Of a DNA stretch of 64,000 bases, positions 47,303-56,916 are shown piece after piece. Position numbers and translations under genes: made by a program. A model generated the notes under the pieces. It saw only the letters and a program-made list of their open reading frames with translations, was not told where the DNA came from and searched no databases. The stretch comes from Deltaproteobacteria bacterium UBA2409. GTDB taxonomy: Bacteria > Bdellovibrionota_C > UBA2361 > DDRT01. Position 1 is the first letter of the stretch; each line of letters opens with the position of its first letter. The stretch covers positions 400,215 through 464,214 of the forward strand of contig DDRT01000001.1 of NCBI GenBank assembly GCA_002343185.1. The letters run 5' to 3'.

Positions 47303-47470
47303 ATATTGCTTATATCATTTCATTGCTTGGCATATCAATTTAATCACTGGGTATTAATACTGAATAATATCAATAAGTTGCAAATATGATTGATGCGTAG
47401 GTTATATGTTTGACATATCGAGCAAGCATATTATACAAGATGCATTTAGTGAGTAACTAAAGGGAGTATT

Positions 47471-49657
47471 ATGTATAGAGTATTAGTAATTTTAATTATT
47501 TTAGCCTCTTCATTGATTGCAGAGGAGAAGAAAGACGAAAAGAAGTCAACAAATAGAATTTTGGTCTTATCTGATAAGGATCTTCTAAAAGTTGCTGGAG
47601 GTTCTGCAACACTGCTTGATGAGGAAGATCTTAAAGAAACAAAAGGAAGTGGTGATGATGTTCATCAGACACTAAAAAAAGTTCCTGGTGTTAACATCCT
47701 TGAAGAAGAAGGATATGGGCTAAGACCAAACATTAGTTTTAGAGGAACTCCACCTGAAAGAAGCAGAACAGTAACAATTATGGAAGATGGAGTTTTAAAG
47801 TCACCAGCTCCTTATACAGCACCATCAGCATACATTTTTCCAACATTTGGCCGAATGGAAGGACTTGAAATTCTAAAAGGGGCCTCTCAAATTAAGTATG
47901 GCCCTCAAACAATTGGCGGAAGTTTGAATATGCTCTCTGCAAAGATCCCTGAGGATCAGAGAATTTTTGCTCGCATTGAAGGTGGCGAAGATAGCTTCTT
48001 AAATGCTCATGCAAAATTTGGACAAGGATATGAAAACGGAGGATTCCTGCTTCAAGCATACGACACTCAAACTGATGGATTTAAAAAATTAGATAGCGGC
48101 GGTGACACAGGATTTGATCTAACTGACTTAATGGGTAAGTTTCAGATTAATACAGATAAGGCTGCTGATGTTTATCAGGAGCTTGAGTTTAAAGTTAACG
48201 ATATGACTCAAGATTCAGATGAGACATATCTTGGTCTTACAGAGAATGATTTTAGAGATGATCCATATAGACGTTATTCAGCAACTCAAAACGATAAGCT
48301 AGATATAAGTCAAGAATCATATCAATTAAGGCACTATATCCAGCCAAATGAATTAGTTGATCTAACAACTGTACTTTACAGAACAAAGTCTGCTCGTAAC
48401 TGGTACAAGTTAGATAAGGTTGGTGGAATAGGGCTCTCTGATATTATGAAGGATCCTTTAACTTATGCAGATCCATATTCTTGGATAACAGGAATGACTA
48501 GTCCTGATGATTCACTAGTAATTCGTGGAAATAACAGAAGATACGACTCAAAAGGCATACAATCTGTTCTTGGTGTTGAATTTGATACCGGATCAGTCGG
48601 CCATACAGTTGAGTTTGGTGCTAGGTATCACGAAGACGAAGAAGATCGTTTTCAAGCTGAGGACTCCTATAGAATGGAAAATGGCACTATGATCAGAACA
48701 AAACTTGGTGCTCCTGGTTCGCAGGAAAATCGTATTGGTGATGCACAGGCATGGGCATTCTTTCTTCAAGATACTCTTAAGCTAGATAAACTAACCCTGA
48801 CCCCTGGAGTTCGTTATGAACTTATCGACTACAGAAACCGTGATTTTGGAAAGCTTGATCCAACAAGAAGTGGATCAGCACTTACGACTTCAGAATCAGA
48901 AGTTGACGTAGTAGTGCCTGGGCTTGGCGCAACTTATGTTTTGACTGATTCTGTTTTACTTGTTGGTGGTGTTCATAAAGGGTTTGCCCCTCCAGGACCA
49001 CAGGCAACAAGTGATATTAAAGAGGAGGAAAGTGTAAATTATGAGGCAGGCCTTCGTTATGATAATCAGAGCTTATCTGGATCTTTAATCGGGTTTTTGA
49101 ACGATTATGACAATCTCTTAGGTGCTGATACTCTTGCTGCTGGTGGAACAGGTTCTGGAAATCTGTTTAACGCAGGTGAAGCAAGAAGCTACGGTGTTGA
49201 GACAGGCATTGGATACGATATTGGTAAATCTGCTAAACTTTCAGTAGGGCTGCCAGTATATGTTAGCTATACCTACACAAATGCTGAATTTAGAGATTCC
49301 TTTAATAGCTCACTTTTTGGCTCAGTTACTTCAGGAGATAAGCTGCCCTATATAGCTGAGAATCTTGTTTCAGTAGGAGTTGGGGTTGATTATCAGAAGT
49401 TCAAAGTTAGACTTGATGGACATTTCACTGATGAGATGCCTGTTATAGCTGGTCAAAGTGGACTTAGAACTGATGAGAAAACTGATGACAATTGGGTGTT
49501 TGACTTAGGTGCTTCATACGAAGTAGCTGAAGGAACAAGAGTTTTCTCAAAAGTAAGAAATCTCTTCGATGAAGAGTATGTTGCAGCTCGTCGACCTGCT
49601 GGAGCAAGACCAGGGCTTCCAACAACTGTGTTTGCAGGGATTGAGATAGACCTGTAG
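47471..49657 (+). CDS. TonB-dependent outer-membrane receptor.
   Basis: Signal peptide, plug domain (…VPGVNILEEEGYGLRPNISFRG…), and a long β-barrel region rich in alternating aromatic/Gly residues. Length 728 aa. Confidence 0.7.
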   Translation: MYRVLVILIILASSLIAEEKKDEKKSTNRILVLSDKDLLKVAGGSATLLDEEDLKETKGSGDDVHQTLKKVPGVNILEEEGYGLRPNISFRGTPPERSRTVTIMEDGVLKSPAPYTAPSAYIFPTFGRMEGLEILKGASQIKYGPQTIGGSLNMLSAKIPEDQRIFARIEGGEDSFLNAHAKFGQGYENGGFLLQAYDTQTDGFKKLDSGGDTGFDLTDLMGKFQINTDKAADVYQELEFKVNDMTQDSDETYLGLTENDFRDDPYRRYSATQNDKLDISQESYQLRHYIQPNELVDLTTVLYRTKSARNWYKLDKVGGIGLSDIMKDPLTYADPYSWITGMTSPDDSLVIRGNNRRYDSKGIQSVLGVEFDTGSVGHTVEFGARYHEDEEDRFQAEDSYRMENGTMIRTKLGAPGSQENRIGDAQAWAFFLQDTLKLDKLTLTPGVRYELIDYRNRDFGKLDPTRSGSALTTSESEVDVVVPGLGATYVLTDSVLLVGGVHKGFAPPGPQATSDIKEEESVNYEAGLRYDNQSLSGSLIGFLNDYDNLLGADTLAAGGTGSGNLFNAGEARSYGVETGIGYDIGKSAKLSVGLPVYVSYTYTNAEFRDSFNSSLFGSVTSGDKLPYIAENLVSVGVGVDYQKFKVRLDGHFTDEMPVIAGQSGLRTDEKTDDNWVFDLGASYEVAEGTRVFSKVRNLFDEEYVAARRPAGARPGLPTTVFAGIEIDL

Positions 49658-49756
49658 GTAAGCTGACTTGGGGGTCAGGCCGGGAGGCCTGACCAGACGT
49701 AGTGCTTGACTGGTCAGGCCTCCCGGCCTGACCCCCAAGTAGCCTGACCCCCAAAG
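49657..49756. repeat. Family-1 palindromic element, perfect inverted dimer plus an extra half-site.
   Basis: CTTGGGGGTCAGGCCGGGAGGCCTGACCAG-acgtagtgcttga-CTGGTCAGGCCTCCCGGCCTGACCCCCAAG-tag-CCTGACCCCCAAAG. It lies between convergent genes. Confidence 0.8.
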
Positions 49757-49757
49757 A

Positions 49758-51569
49758 CTAATTTATTTGTTCTTTAAAAATACTATCCACTAAGCTTCGC
49801 ATTACTGCCTCTTCATCTTGCCCGGATGCTCTTGAATTTTGAGTAGTTGGTCTAGAAGATACAAAACTTATTTCTAAAGTGTCGTCAGCTTTTTCAAATG
49901 AGATACTAAATAGCGAATCATCTGATACTTTAAATGGAGTTCTTGAAATCAACTGCCTAGTCCATCTCTCATTAGGAATTAATTTTACAGGCAGTCTATG
50001 ACCGTGATTTCTAAAGATAGCAGGAGATCGATTAAAAAGAAGTTGTCTGTACTCTTCCGAATTGTCAGCAAGAATATTTAATGCTTCTGTTCTTAGTAAC
50101 TCATCATATTTTGGCCTAAGCTTTGAGAGTACCTCATAAGTTAAAGCCTCATCTTCATTAATCTTAGCTTCATAGAGGTTATAAAAAGCTTGAGCATGAG
50201 CTCTTTGATCCAGGACTTTTTGTTTCTCTAATCTTGGAAGAATAAATGAACGTGGAATTGAGCTTAATAATCCTCCAAGTGTTGGGTACTCAAGCATTGA
50301 ATCAGTGTTTCTTATTTTCAGATCCTCAAAATCTCTAAGTGTTTCAATTAAAATCTGCTTTGCTTCACGTTCTAACCAATAGGCTCTTATGGATCTTTTT
50401 AAGTTGGCCCAAATCTCACTGGCTCTCTCAAGAATTGTGAGTTTGGTAGTTTTCACAATATTATTTTTGGCTCTTAAACTTTGGGCAAGTGATTGCATTA
50501 CCCCAGCCTGTAGATCTTCGATTGAAGTACCAATTTTCCCAAACCACTGCTTTTTTTCTAATGCCGCCTCAAAATGTTTTATGGCTCCATCAACATCACC
50601 TGAATAAAGTGCAACTCTTCCACGAGCTAGATGCACAAATGCTCTATGCTCTTCGCCATTTCTAAGTGGAAACTGAGCTACGCAGGCCTCAAAGTTATCA
50701 ATTGCTTTTTTTGCTCCCAGAAGATTTAGCTGATCCATATAGAGAAGTGCTAAATTCAATGCTGGTAAAATATGCTCACATCCATCCTGTTTACCTAAAG
50801 CTCTTGTGTAGGCGATCTCAGCATTTTTATCATCAAACATCTCCTCATAAACTTCACCCATATTGTTAAGCGGAGTAGCAGGATTTCCTAAACGTCCAAG
50901 TGATTCTTCAAGATCAATTGCAGCTTCAAAAATTGAAATAGATTCTTTTGGTTGCTGGTTCATTGAAAGTAGAATACCAAGCATATTTAAAGTTCTCCCG
51001 GGCTCAGCGCCTGACATAACTCCAGCTCTAGCAACTCTTATCGCATCTTGAATGTTTCCTAGTTTCATCATTATCCAGCTTCGTGAAGCAGGGTACCAGG
51101 CAGCCATATATCCATGTCTTGCAAACTCATCGAGCACCTCGAGCGCTTCTTGATAGAGATCTAAGTTTAGCTTCGATTGTGATCTAAGATTATAAAGGTG
51201 CATGTGAGTAGATTCTGTGAAGCTATCGTAATAGGGGGGTTCCCCAAACTGCTCATAAAATAAACTAAAAGCCTTTTCTACGTATCTTTCAGCAAGTCTA
51301 AAGTGTCCAACATAAGCCATATAATAGTGACCTAATAGACTATGTGCGCGGATATTCCTTGGATCTTTTTTGATAGCTTGAATAAGTCTGCTTCTCGCAT
51401 CAAGTGGTCTTTCATCCTGAAGAAGTGTAATTGCATCTAATAGAAGCTCATCAGCTGTTTTATCTTCAACAGGGATATTTTCATCAAAGCTTAAGTCAAA
51501 AGGATCAAATGGATCTTGGCAGAATCCATGAATGGTAAAAAGAAGAATCAGAATAACTTTTTTCACCAT
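49758..51569 (-). CDS. Secreted TPR-repeat protein (603 aa), last gene of the DUF58-transglutaminase operon.
   Basis: Signal peptide MVKKVILILLFTIHGFC, and multiple TPR-like helical repeats (AxxYxxLG…). The start overlaps the upstream gene stop by 7 nt. Confidence 0.5.
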   Translation of the reverse strand: MVKKVILILLFTIHGFCQDPFDPFDLSFDENIPVEDKTADELLLDAITLLQDERPLDARSRLIQAIKKDPRNIRAHSLLGHYYMAYVGHFRLAERYVEKAFSLFYEQFGEPPYYDSFTESTHMHLYNLRSQSKLNLDLYQEALEVLDEFARHGYMAAWYPASRSWIMMKLGNIQDAIRVARAGVMSGAEPGRTLNMLGILLSMNQQPKESISIFEAAIDLEESLGRLGNPATPLNNMGEVYEEMFDDKNAEIAYTRALGKQDGCEHILPALNLALLYMDQLNLLGAKKAIDNFEACVAQFPLRNGEEHRAFVHLARGRVALYSGDVDGAIKHFEAALEKKQWFGKIGTSIEDLQAGVMQSLAQSLRAKNNIVKTTKLTILERASEIWANLKRSIRAYWLEREAKQILIETLRDFEDLKIRNTDSMLEYPTLGGLLSSIPRSFILPRLEKQKVLDQRAHAQAFYNLYEAKINEDEALTYEVLSKLRPKYDELLRTEALNILADNSEEYRQLLFNRSPAIFRNHGHRLPVKLIPNERWTRQLISRTPFKVSDDSLFSISFEKADDTLEISFVSSRPTTQNSRASGQDEEAVMRSLVDSIFKEQIN

Positions 51570-53674
51570 CTTCTTTTAAACCACCAGTTGAAAATAGATT
51601 TTAGGTTGAACAGAGATCTAAATGTTTCAAATTTTGAAAGATTGAGACCTGTCTGGACTGGCTTTCCTATCCTACGTAGTTTTAGCGAAGTAGGAAGCCT
51701 GTCCTTAGTAAAGGTCAGTCTAAAGACTGACCAGACAGGATTTTTGTTTTTATACTTTTCTTCATTCAATAATTTTATAAACTCTTCGAGATCGGAACCA
51801 TGAGATTTACGAACTCTTTTAATAAAGTTTAAGCGAGTTTCCCCATAGTTTCGTTTAAATCCTATGTCCATAAGTTTAGCAAAGACTCCAATTTTAAGAA
51901 GGGATGGGAATAGTAAATACCCCTTCAGTAATAAGATCTTAGATAAAACAACAAAGAAGAATAATGTCGCAAACATGATTACTAATGCTGGCTTTAGCCA
52001 GGCAAATGAAAACGAAGTACTTTCGGAGTCTTTTTTAGCTGGAAGTTCAGGAACTAGCTCTTCAGCAGGGTTAACAAGATTCATAAGCTCTTCAAGTAAA
52101 CCTTGATCGACCTCAGTATCAGCATGGCTTTCAACCTGAAGGGGCTGTGTATCAAAGGCTATCCACCCATAGTCTTGAAAATAAACTTCGGCCCATGCGT
52201 GTCTGTCGCTCATTCTAAGTAATATATGTCCATCTTTAGCTTGGCTTAAGTCAGTAAGGTATCCAGTAGCGATTCTAGATGGAATTCCAATTGCACGAAG
52301 CAGATAAACAGTTGCATGGGCAATATGAACGCAGTACCCACGACCATCCCCAAAAAGATAAGGTGCAACTGGATCGTCCGATGCAGGATGGTTTGGAGTA
52401 AGAGTATAAATTGTAAACTGTGCAAGGTAATCCACGATTCTTTTAATAGAATCAAACGGAGTAGGGGAGTCAGCAGTAATTTTTTTTGCTAGCTCGTGAT
52501 ACCTGGGATCTGTGTGTGCTGCTAAGTAGTTTGCACGTTTATTGTTGTCCCAAAGTGGATCTCCGACTGGTGTGTTTCTTAGAGTTTCAAGCTTTAAGCC
52601 TAACGAAAATGAGAGTGCTCTATAGGCGCCACCTTTAAATCTTCCAGGATTAGGATTTTTGAGCGGGGTTAAAAGTTTTGGATAATCAATCGCAAATGGA
52701 TTTTTATGATCTGCTAAAAGATAGATCTCTTGGGTTAACTCAGATCTACTTATCACTTCCTTTCTAACTTGAGAAAATGAAACGCTTGGCGAATCTCGGC
52801 TTATATCATCGTCAATGCCACTTAAAACAAGCTCTTTACCATTATACTTTGAAAGTGCTGACTCTCTTAGATAAAGCATAGGCGATGTAGGGTTCATCGT
52901 ATAATCACTTTCAAGCCTTACAAGTCCTGCTGGTTGATTTGTGCTGCCTAAAGCTGATTCAAATGTTAGTGGGCTTAACCCTTCTTCTGAGCCTTGGCCA
53001 ACACCGTTACTAAAAAAGGCTTCTCCTTTTTCCTGATAGTATCTTGAGATTCCAAAGAATGAGAGATAGCCGATAAGTAGAAAAATAAATGTTGATAAGA
53101 AGATTCCAAATATTGAAAGTCGCTTGGAAATAGCAGCTCTTTGGTCATTAAATTGTCTAACAGAAAGCGCTCCATATATGACAGCTAGTAATGCCACGAT
53201 AACTCCAAATGCTGAAAATGTTGTTAGTGGAGAAACTCCTAACTGCCAGGAGAGATCATTTATAATTTTCGGCATATCAAGTTGTAGATTTCTGTGAGTA
53301 GCTAAAGAGCCAACTACAACCGTCAGTATCAGTCCAAGCTCTACTAAAAATGCAGCTCTATATTTTTTAACTGCCCAAGTTAGAATGAAAGTTAAAAAGA
53401 AGATAAACATTACTGCTTGAAGATGTAAGAATATGGAGTATGACTTTAAACTTGAATTTCCAAAGAGAGCTAAGATTAGGCCAACCAAGTTGATTGATAG
53501 GGCTCCTCCGATTGTTGTTATTAACAAAACACCAAGTAATTTTAGGTTAGAGGCTCTGCTGCCAACTATAACTCCACCTAAGATTCCAATCGATAGAATG
53601 GCAGGGTGAGTCCCGAATGGAAGCACAAAGTCCACTGCAACTATTGCCATTGTTAGAAGGAGAAAGCGCATCAC
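51563..53674 (-). CDS. Transglutaminase-like membrane protein (DUF3488 / TGase core architecture).
   Basis: Multi-TM N-terminus, and a TGase catalytic triad context (GRGYCVHIAHATVYLLRAIGIP … DRHAWAEVYF … WIAFD). The last ~60 codons run through the family-2 repeat at 51648-51739. Confidence 0.7.
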   Translation of the reverse strand: MMRFLLLTMAIVAVDFVLPFGTHPAILSIGILGGVIVGSRASNLKLLGVLLITTIGGALSINLVGLILALFGNSSLKSYSIFLHLQAVMFIFFLTFILTWAVKKYRAAFLVELGLILTVVVGSLATHRNLQLDMPKIINDLSWQLGVSPLTTFSAFGVIVALLAVIYGALSVRQFNDQRAAISKRLSIFGIFLSTFIFLLIGYLSFFGISRYYQEKGEAFFSNGVGQGSEEGLSPLTFESALGSTNQPAGLVRLESDYTMNPTSPMLYLRESALSKYNGKELVLSGIDDDISRDSPSVSFSQVRKEVISRSELTQEIYLLADHKNPFAIDYPKLLTPLKNPNPGRFKGGAYRALSFSLGLKLETLRNTPVGDPLWDNNKRANYLAAHTDPRYHELAKKITADSPTPFDSIKRIVDYLAQFTIYTLTPNHPASDDPVAPYLFGDGRGYCVHIAHATVYLLRAIGIPSRIATGYLTDLSQAKDGHILLRMSDRHAWAEVYFQDYGWIAFDTQPLQVESHADTEVDQGLLEELMNLVNPAEELVPELPAKKDSESTSFSFAWLKPALVIMFATLFFFVVLSKILLLKGYLLFPSLLKIGVFAKLMDIGFKRNYGETRLNFIKRVRKSHGSDLEEFIKLLNEEKYKNKNPVWSVFRLTFTKDRLPTSLKLRRIGKPVQTGLNLSKFETFRSLFNLKSIFNWWFKRRW
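51648..51739. repeat. Family-2 palindromic element with perfect terminal inverted repeats CCTGTCTGG … CCAGACAGG. It is embedded in the 3' end of the transglutaminase-like ORF.
   Basis: It shares the GGACTGG…AGCGAAGTAGGA…GGTCAGTCT…AGACTGACC architecture with the 6951 and 35773 elements. Confidence 0.65.
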
Positions 53675-54801
53675 TCTACTATTGTAGTTTCAAAACCTGC
53701 CTGTCTACAAACTGTAGCTAGCTCTACAGTTGGCTCTTCAATAATTTGGGTTTCCGAGTCAAATAGAAATCTGGCAAACCCTGATTCGCCAAAGCTCTTA
53801 AAGCTCTTTGATGGCAGGAATATATGAAGATTAGATATTCCCACCAGCTTTTCAACTTCATTACTTATAAACAAAGCCACAATTGCAGCATCTCCTATAA
53901 AATCTCTTAACTCTGTTACTAAGCTAGCCTCATCAGATTTGAAACTTGAACCAATTAAGCCAAGCTCAAAGCTTTCTGCTGTTTCAAAGGTTTCCTTTGA
54001 TCCGAGGCAGCCTGCACGAATTTTAGTTCCCGTAGCTTCAACTTCATAGGCATACTTTAAGGCAAGGCCTGCTAGATAATCATCATTTTTTCTAGCTGCA
54101 CAAAAAATAAGCACCTCGCCCTCTGGCGCATGAGAAAACTCAGGTTGTCTAGTTATTAACTCTCCACTCTTAGCAAATGTTTTCCAAAGAATTCGTTTCA
54201 TTGAGTCACCAGGTTGATATGGCCTTAAATCAAATGGCTCACCAAGTCTTTCTGTTGAAAGTGGGTAGGCGTCTCCTGGGATGATAGAAGACGAAAGTAT
54301 TGGGAGTGGACGAGTTTCAACTGAAGGAACTCTAGAGATTACTGAAGTTTTTATAGGAACAGATACTGTAGCACTAAAAAGCCTAAGTTTGTCTTGAATT
54401 TCAAAATAAACTCCATCAAGGAGCCACTCCCCTCTATGAGGGGTAAAAATAGTGAATTGGAGTATCTCTGATTCAGGGGAAATTCTTGTTTTATTTTCTA
54501 ACTTGTATGGGATATTTATATTCAGTCTTAAAAAAACATCAAATAGAAAGAAACTGGGAATCTCAACTTTAAAAGAAATTTTAGGAGGATTGATCGACGT
54601 TCCCTCAACAAGATCGTTAGCTAGCTCAATTTTAGGATAATATTTAATCTTAGTTATAAGTAGGTAGGAGCCAATTATAATAAAGCTCAGTAAAAGTGTT
54701 AAAAGAATCCCTGTAGTAATTAGATCCGAGTAGAACCATGATGGTACGATCAGGGTAACCAATCCAAGTAAAACTAAAAATCCAATACTACTAAGGCGCA
54801 T
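53671..54801 (-). CDS. DUF58-family protein (MoxR-associated vWA-like).
   Basis: DUF58 motif DLRPYQPGDSMKRILWK, N-terminal 2-TM anchor, and 4-nt overlap with the downstream transglutaminase gene. Confidence 0.65.
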   Translation of the reverse strand: MRLSSIGFLVLLGLVTLIVPSWFYSDLITTGILLTLLLSFIIIGSYLLITKIKYYPKIELANDLVEGTSINPPKISFKVEIPSFFLFDVFLRLNINIPYKLENKTRISPESEILQFTIFTPHRGEWLLDGVYFEIQDKLRLFSATVSVPIKTSVISRVPSVETRPLPILSSSIIPGDAYPLSTERLGEPFDLRPYQPGDSMKRILWKTFAKSGELITRQPEFSHAPEGEVLIFCAARKNDDYLAGLALKYAYEVEATGTKIRAGCLGSKETFETAESFELGLIGSSFKSDEASLVTELRDFIGDAAIVALFISNEVEKLVGISNLHIFLPSKSFKSFGESGFARFLFDSETQIIEEPTVELATVCRQAGFETTIVE

Positions 54802-55020
54802 AAGATCTCACTATAACAGAACGCCAGCTAAAGATGCTATCTTGCCAAGTATCGGTTCCCTATAAGCTCAGTATGTCTTTAGAGGCAAGTTTTACCGATA
54901 CTTTGTCTAGTTTATTTGTTGGGGATTTATTTGACCCGAGTGCTAAACTAGTAAGGGAGATAGTTTTGATGAGTAGTCTTTTTGAAGTTTAAAGCAAATT
55001 TCTACAGAGTCGACTTACGC

Positions 55021-56769
55021 TCAAGTGCCAAGCCCATTCATTTTCAATAAATCCCTAACCCTCTTTTTAAGAGGTAAAGATTCTTTAAAAACTCTTATTT
55101 TGCCCCCAGTTTCATTAGATTCAAAAACAGTAATGATAACTTTTCTATGAGATGGCATAACATCTTTAAAAGTCACAAAGCTCTTATTTTTAAATGACTT
55201 TTTTTGGATAGCTAGTGTTCGGATTTTAATCTCAGCATGCAAACCCTTAGCTAAATGGTTCGATCTAACAATCTGAATTCTGCCTGCTCTCTTTAGACTG
55301 CTGAATTTTAATCTTACCTCGAATGGATCGGCATGGATGGTTGGAGTCGGAATAGGAGAATTGGTATATGTTGGTGAATTGGTGGGGGTCGGTGAGCTGG
55401 ATGGTGTTGGGGAGTTGGTGGGTGAAACCGAGGTCGGAGTATTAGTAGGAGTTGACGTAGAAGTTGCTGGAAGATTAGTAGGGGTTGCTGTTCTGGTATG
55501 GGTTGGCGTTCTAGTAGGAGTAGCCGTTGCTGGAAGAATTGTTGGAGTTGGGGTTGCTGTAGCTGGAAGAGTTGTTGGAGTTGGAGTCGCTGTTGGCGTC
55601 CCCTCGCTTACACTTGCAAGACAAGAGCTATAGTTGTTATCCGCTAAAAACGAATTCCATGCATTCAAGCTCGCAGTGCTATATTCTCGGTCATTTCCAG
55701 TTGCTCCTGGAGACATTACGTATTGAGTTGGCTCTGAGTCGTGTCCACCAGTGCTTGCATTATATGCACTTAGAGTGTGAAACATTTCATGTTCGATAAT
55801 ACTAGCATTTCCAGCAATCGTACTGTAGTAGGTTATACTTCCTCCGCTGTTTGAACCAGTTTCTTGAACATGGCATACCATGGACATCGAATTAAATGGT
55901 AACCAAGTCATTAGCGCATAACCGATTGGCCCACTGCTGTAGTTTCCAAGTATAATGTGATTCAGATCTGAGATAATATTATATGTTGAAATATAGGATT
56001 TAAGAGAATTTACATTGGCAGTTATGTCCGTTCCTCCTGTAAAAGGTGAAGTAGTCGGGTTGAATGTTATCGAAAGGACATTAATTGTTGCTCCCAATCT
56101 TGTACGAATTCGCGCATCAACATGATTGATATATTGAAGCAGTAAATTTTCTGAATCTTGTCCCCATCGTTGATGATATTCAGGGGTGGTAAAAAATCTC
56201 ATTTCAATCTCTCTTAGATCGCCCCCATTCATTGTAGAAAAACCAGGATTGATATGAACATGATTATAGTTAGGGAGGCTCTCTGGGGAGTCAGATACAG
56301 GAACGTTCAAGGGGTGAGAAATAACTTTAATTTTGTCGATATGATTTTTTTTACTCAGCTTTTTATTTTCTGCAAACTTGATCGTAATTTGGCATACTCT
56401 ACTTTTGTTGCACCCTTCGTAGCTTGTTGTAATCCTGTATCCTTTCTTGCGCTTCTCAATAGCAATCCCAACGGGATAGTATTTCTTTTCTCTCCCTATT
56501 CTCTTAATAACTAAACCTTGAGCTAGGGCGATGTTTTCAATCGAACGAATCGTCGAGAAACGATTTGCTTCTATTGTTATATTGCCTCTCCCAGAAAATC
56601 TTTTTAATTTTCTATTACGTCCTAGTACTTTCATCAAAAGGGAAGTTGAGTTTGCTGATACAGTGTTTGTCCGCTCAAGTTTGCTTTTTAGGTTGGGGCT
56701 GATTAGTACTATCGGATCAGCATGGGCAACTAGTGAAAACATTAGCAGCACTACAAAGACTTGCCTCAT
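55021..56769 (-). CDS. Secreted zinc metallopeptidase (HExxH) with a Thr/Pro-rich linker and a C-terminal domain.
   Basis: Signal peptide [17 protein letters not shown], zincin motif [10 protein letters not shown], roughly 90-aa linker ([20 protein letters not shown]…), and a C-terminal ~100-aa basic domain. Confidence 0.5.
   Translation of the reverse strand: MRQVFVVLLMFSLVAHADPIVLISPNLKSKLERTNTVSANSTSLLMKVLGRNRKLKRFSGRGNITIEANRFSTIRSIENIALAQGLVIKRIGREKKYYPVGIAIEKRKKGYRITTSYEGCNKSRVCQITIKFAENKKLSKKNHIDKIKVISHPLNVPVSDSPESLPNYNHVHINPGFSTMNGGDLREIEMRFFTTPEYHQRWGQDSENLLLQYINHVDARIRTRLGATINVLSITFNPTTSPFTGGTDITANVNSLKSYISTYNIISDLNHIILGNYSSGPIGYALMTWLPFNSMSMVCHVQETGSNSGGSITYYSTIAGNASIIEHEMFHTLSAYNASTGGHDSEPTQYVMSPGATGNDREYSTASLNAWNSFLADNNYSSCLASVSEGTPTATPTPTTLPATATPTPTILPATATPTRTPTHTRTATPTNLPATSTSTPTNTPTSVSPTNSPTPSSSPTPTNSPTYTNSPIPTPTIHADPFEVRLKFSSLKRAGRIQIVRSNHLAKGLHAEIKIRTLAIQKKSFKNKSFVTFKDVMPSHRKVIITVFESNETGGKIRVFKESLPLKKRVRDLLKMNGLGT
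55340..55615. repeat. Low-complexity tandem-like codon repeats encoding the Thr/Pro linker.
   Basis: Reiterated ACN-CCN codon units. The + strand antisense reads as a spurious Gly/Val ORF. Confidence 0.6.
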
Positions 56770-56916
56770 TTAACTAAATTCGACACATGCTCCCCTTAAC
56801 CTAAGCACCAAAGGCTGAATTGTCGGAGGTTTTTCTAGGAATTTTTCCTATTAGACATTGAATTGTCCATCTTGAAGCACTTAGTTGCTCAAATGAGAGC
56901 GGGTCAATTGAATATT

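Noticed and set aside
49464-49754. 96-aa and 63-aa minus-strand ORFs spanning the TBDR 3' end and the repeat element.
   Set aside because: They read partly through the palindromic repeat (Pro/Gly/Arg-rich from GC-rich repeat DNA). This is not protein-like.
51516-51803. 95-aa plus-strand ORF across the family-2 repeat.
   Set aside because: It is encoded largely by repeat DNA, opposite the TGase/TPR junction. No support.
55337-55633. 98-aa Gly/Val-rich plus-strand ORF.
   Set aside because: It is the antisense reading of the Thr/Pro-linker codon repeats of the metallopeptidase gene.
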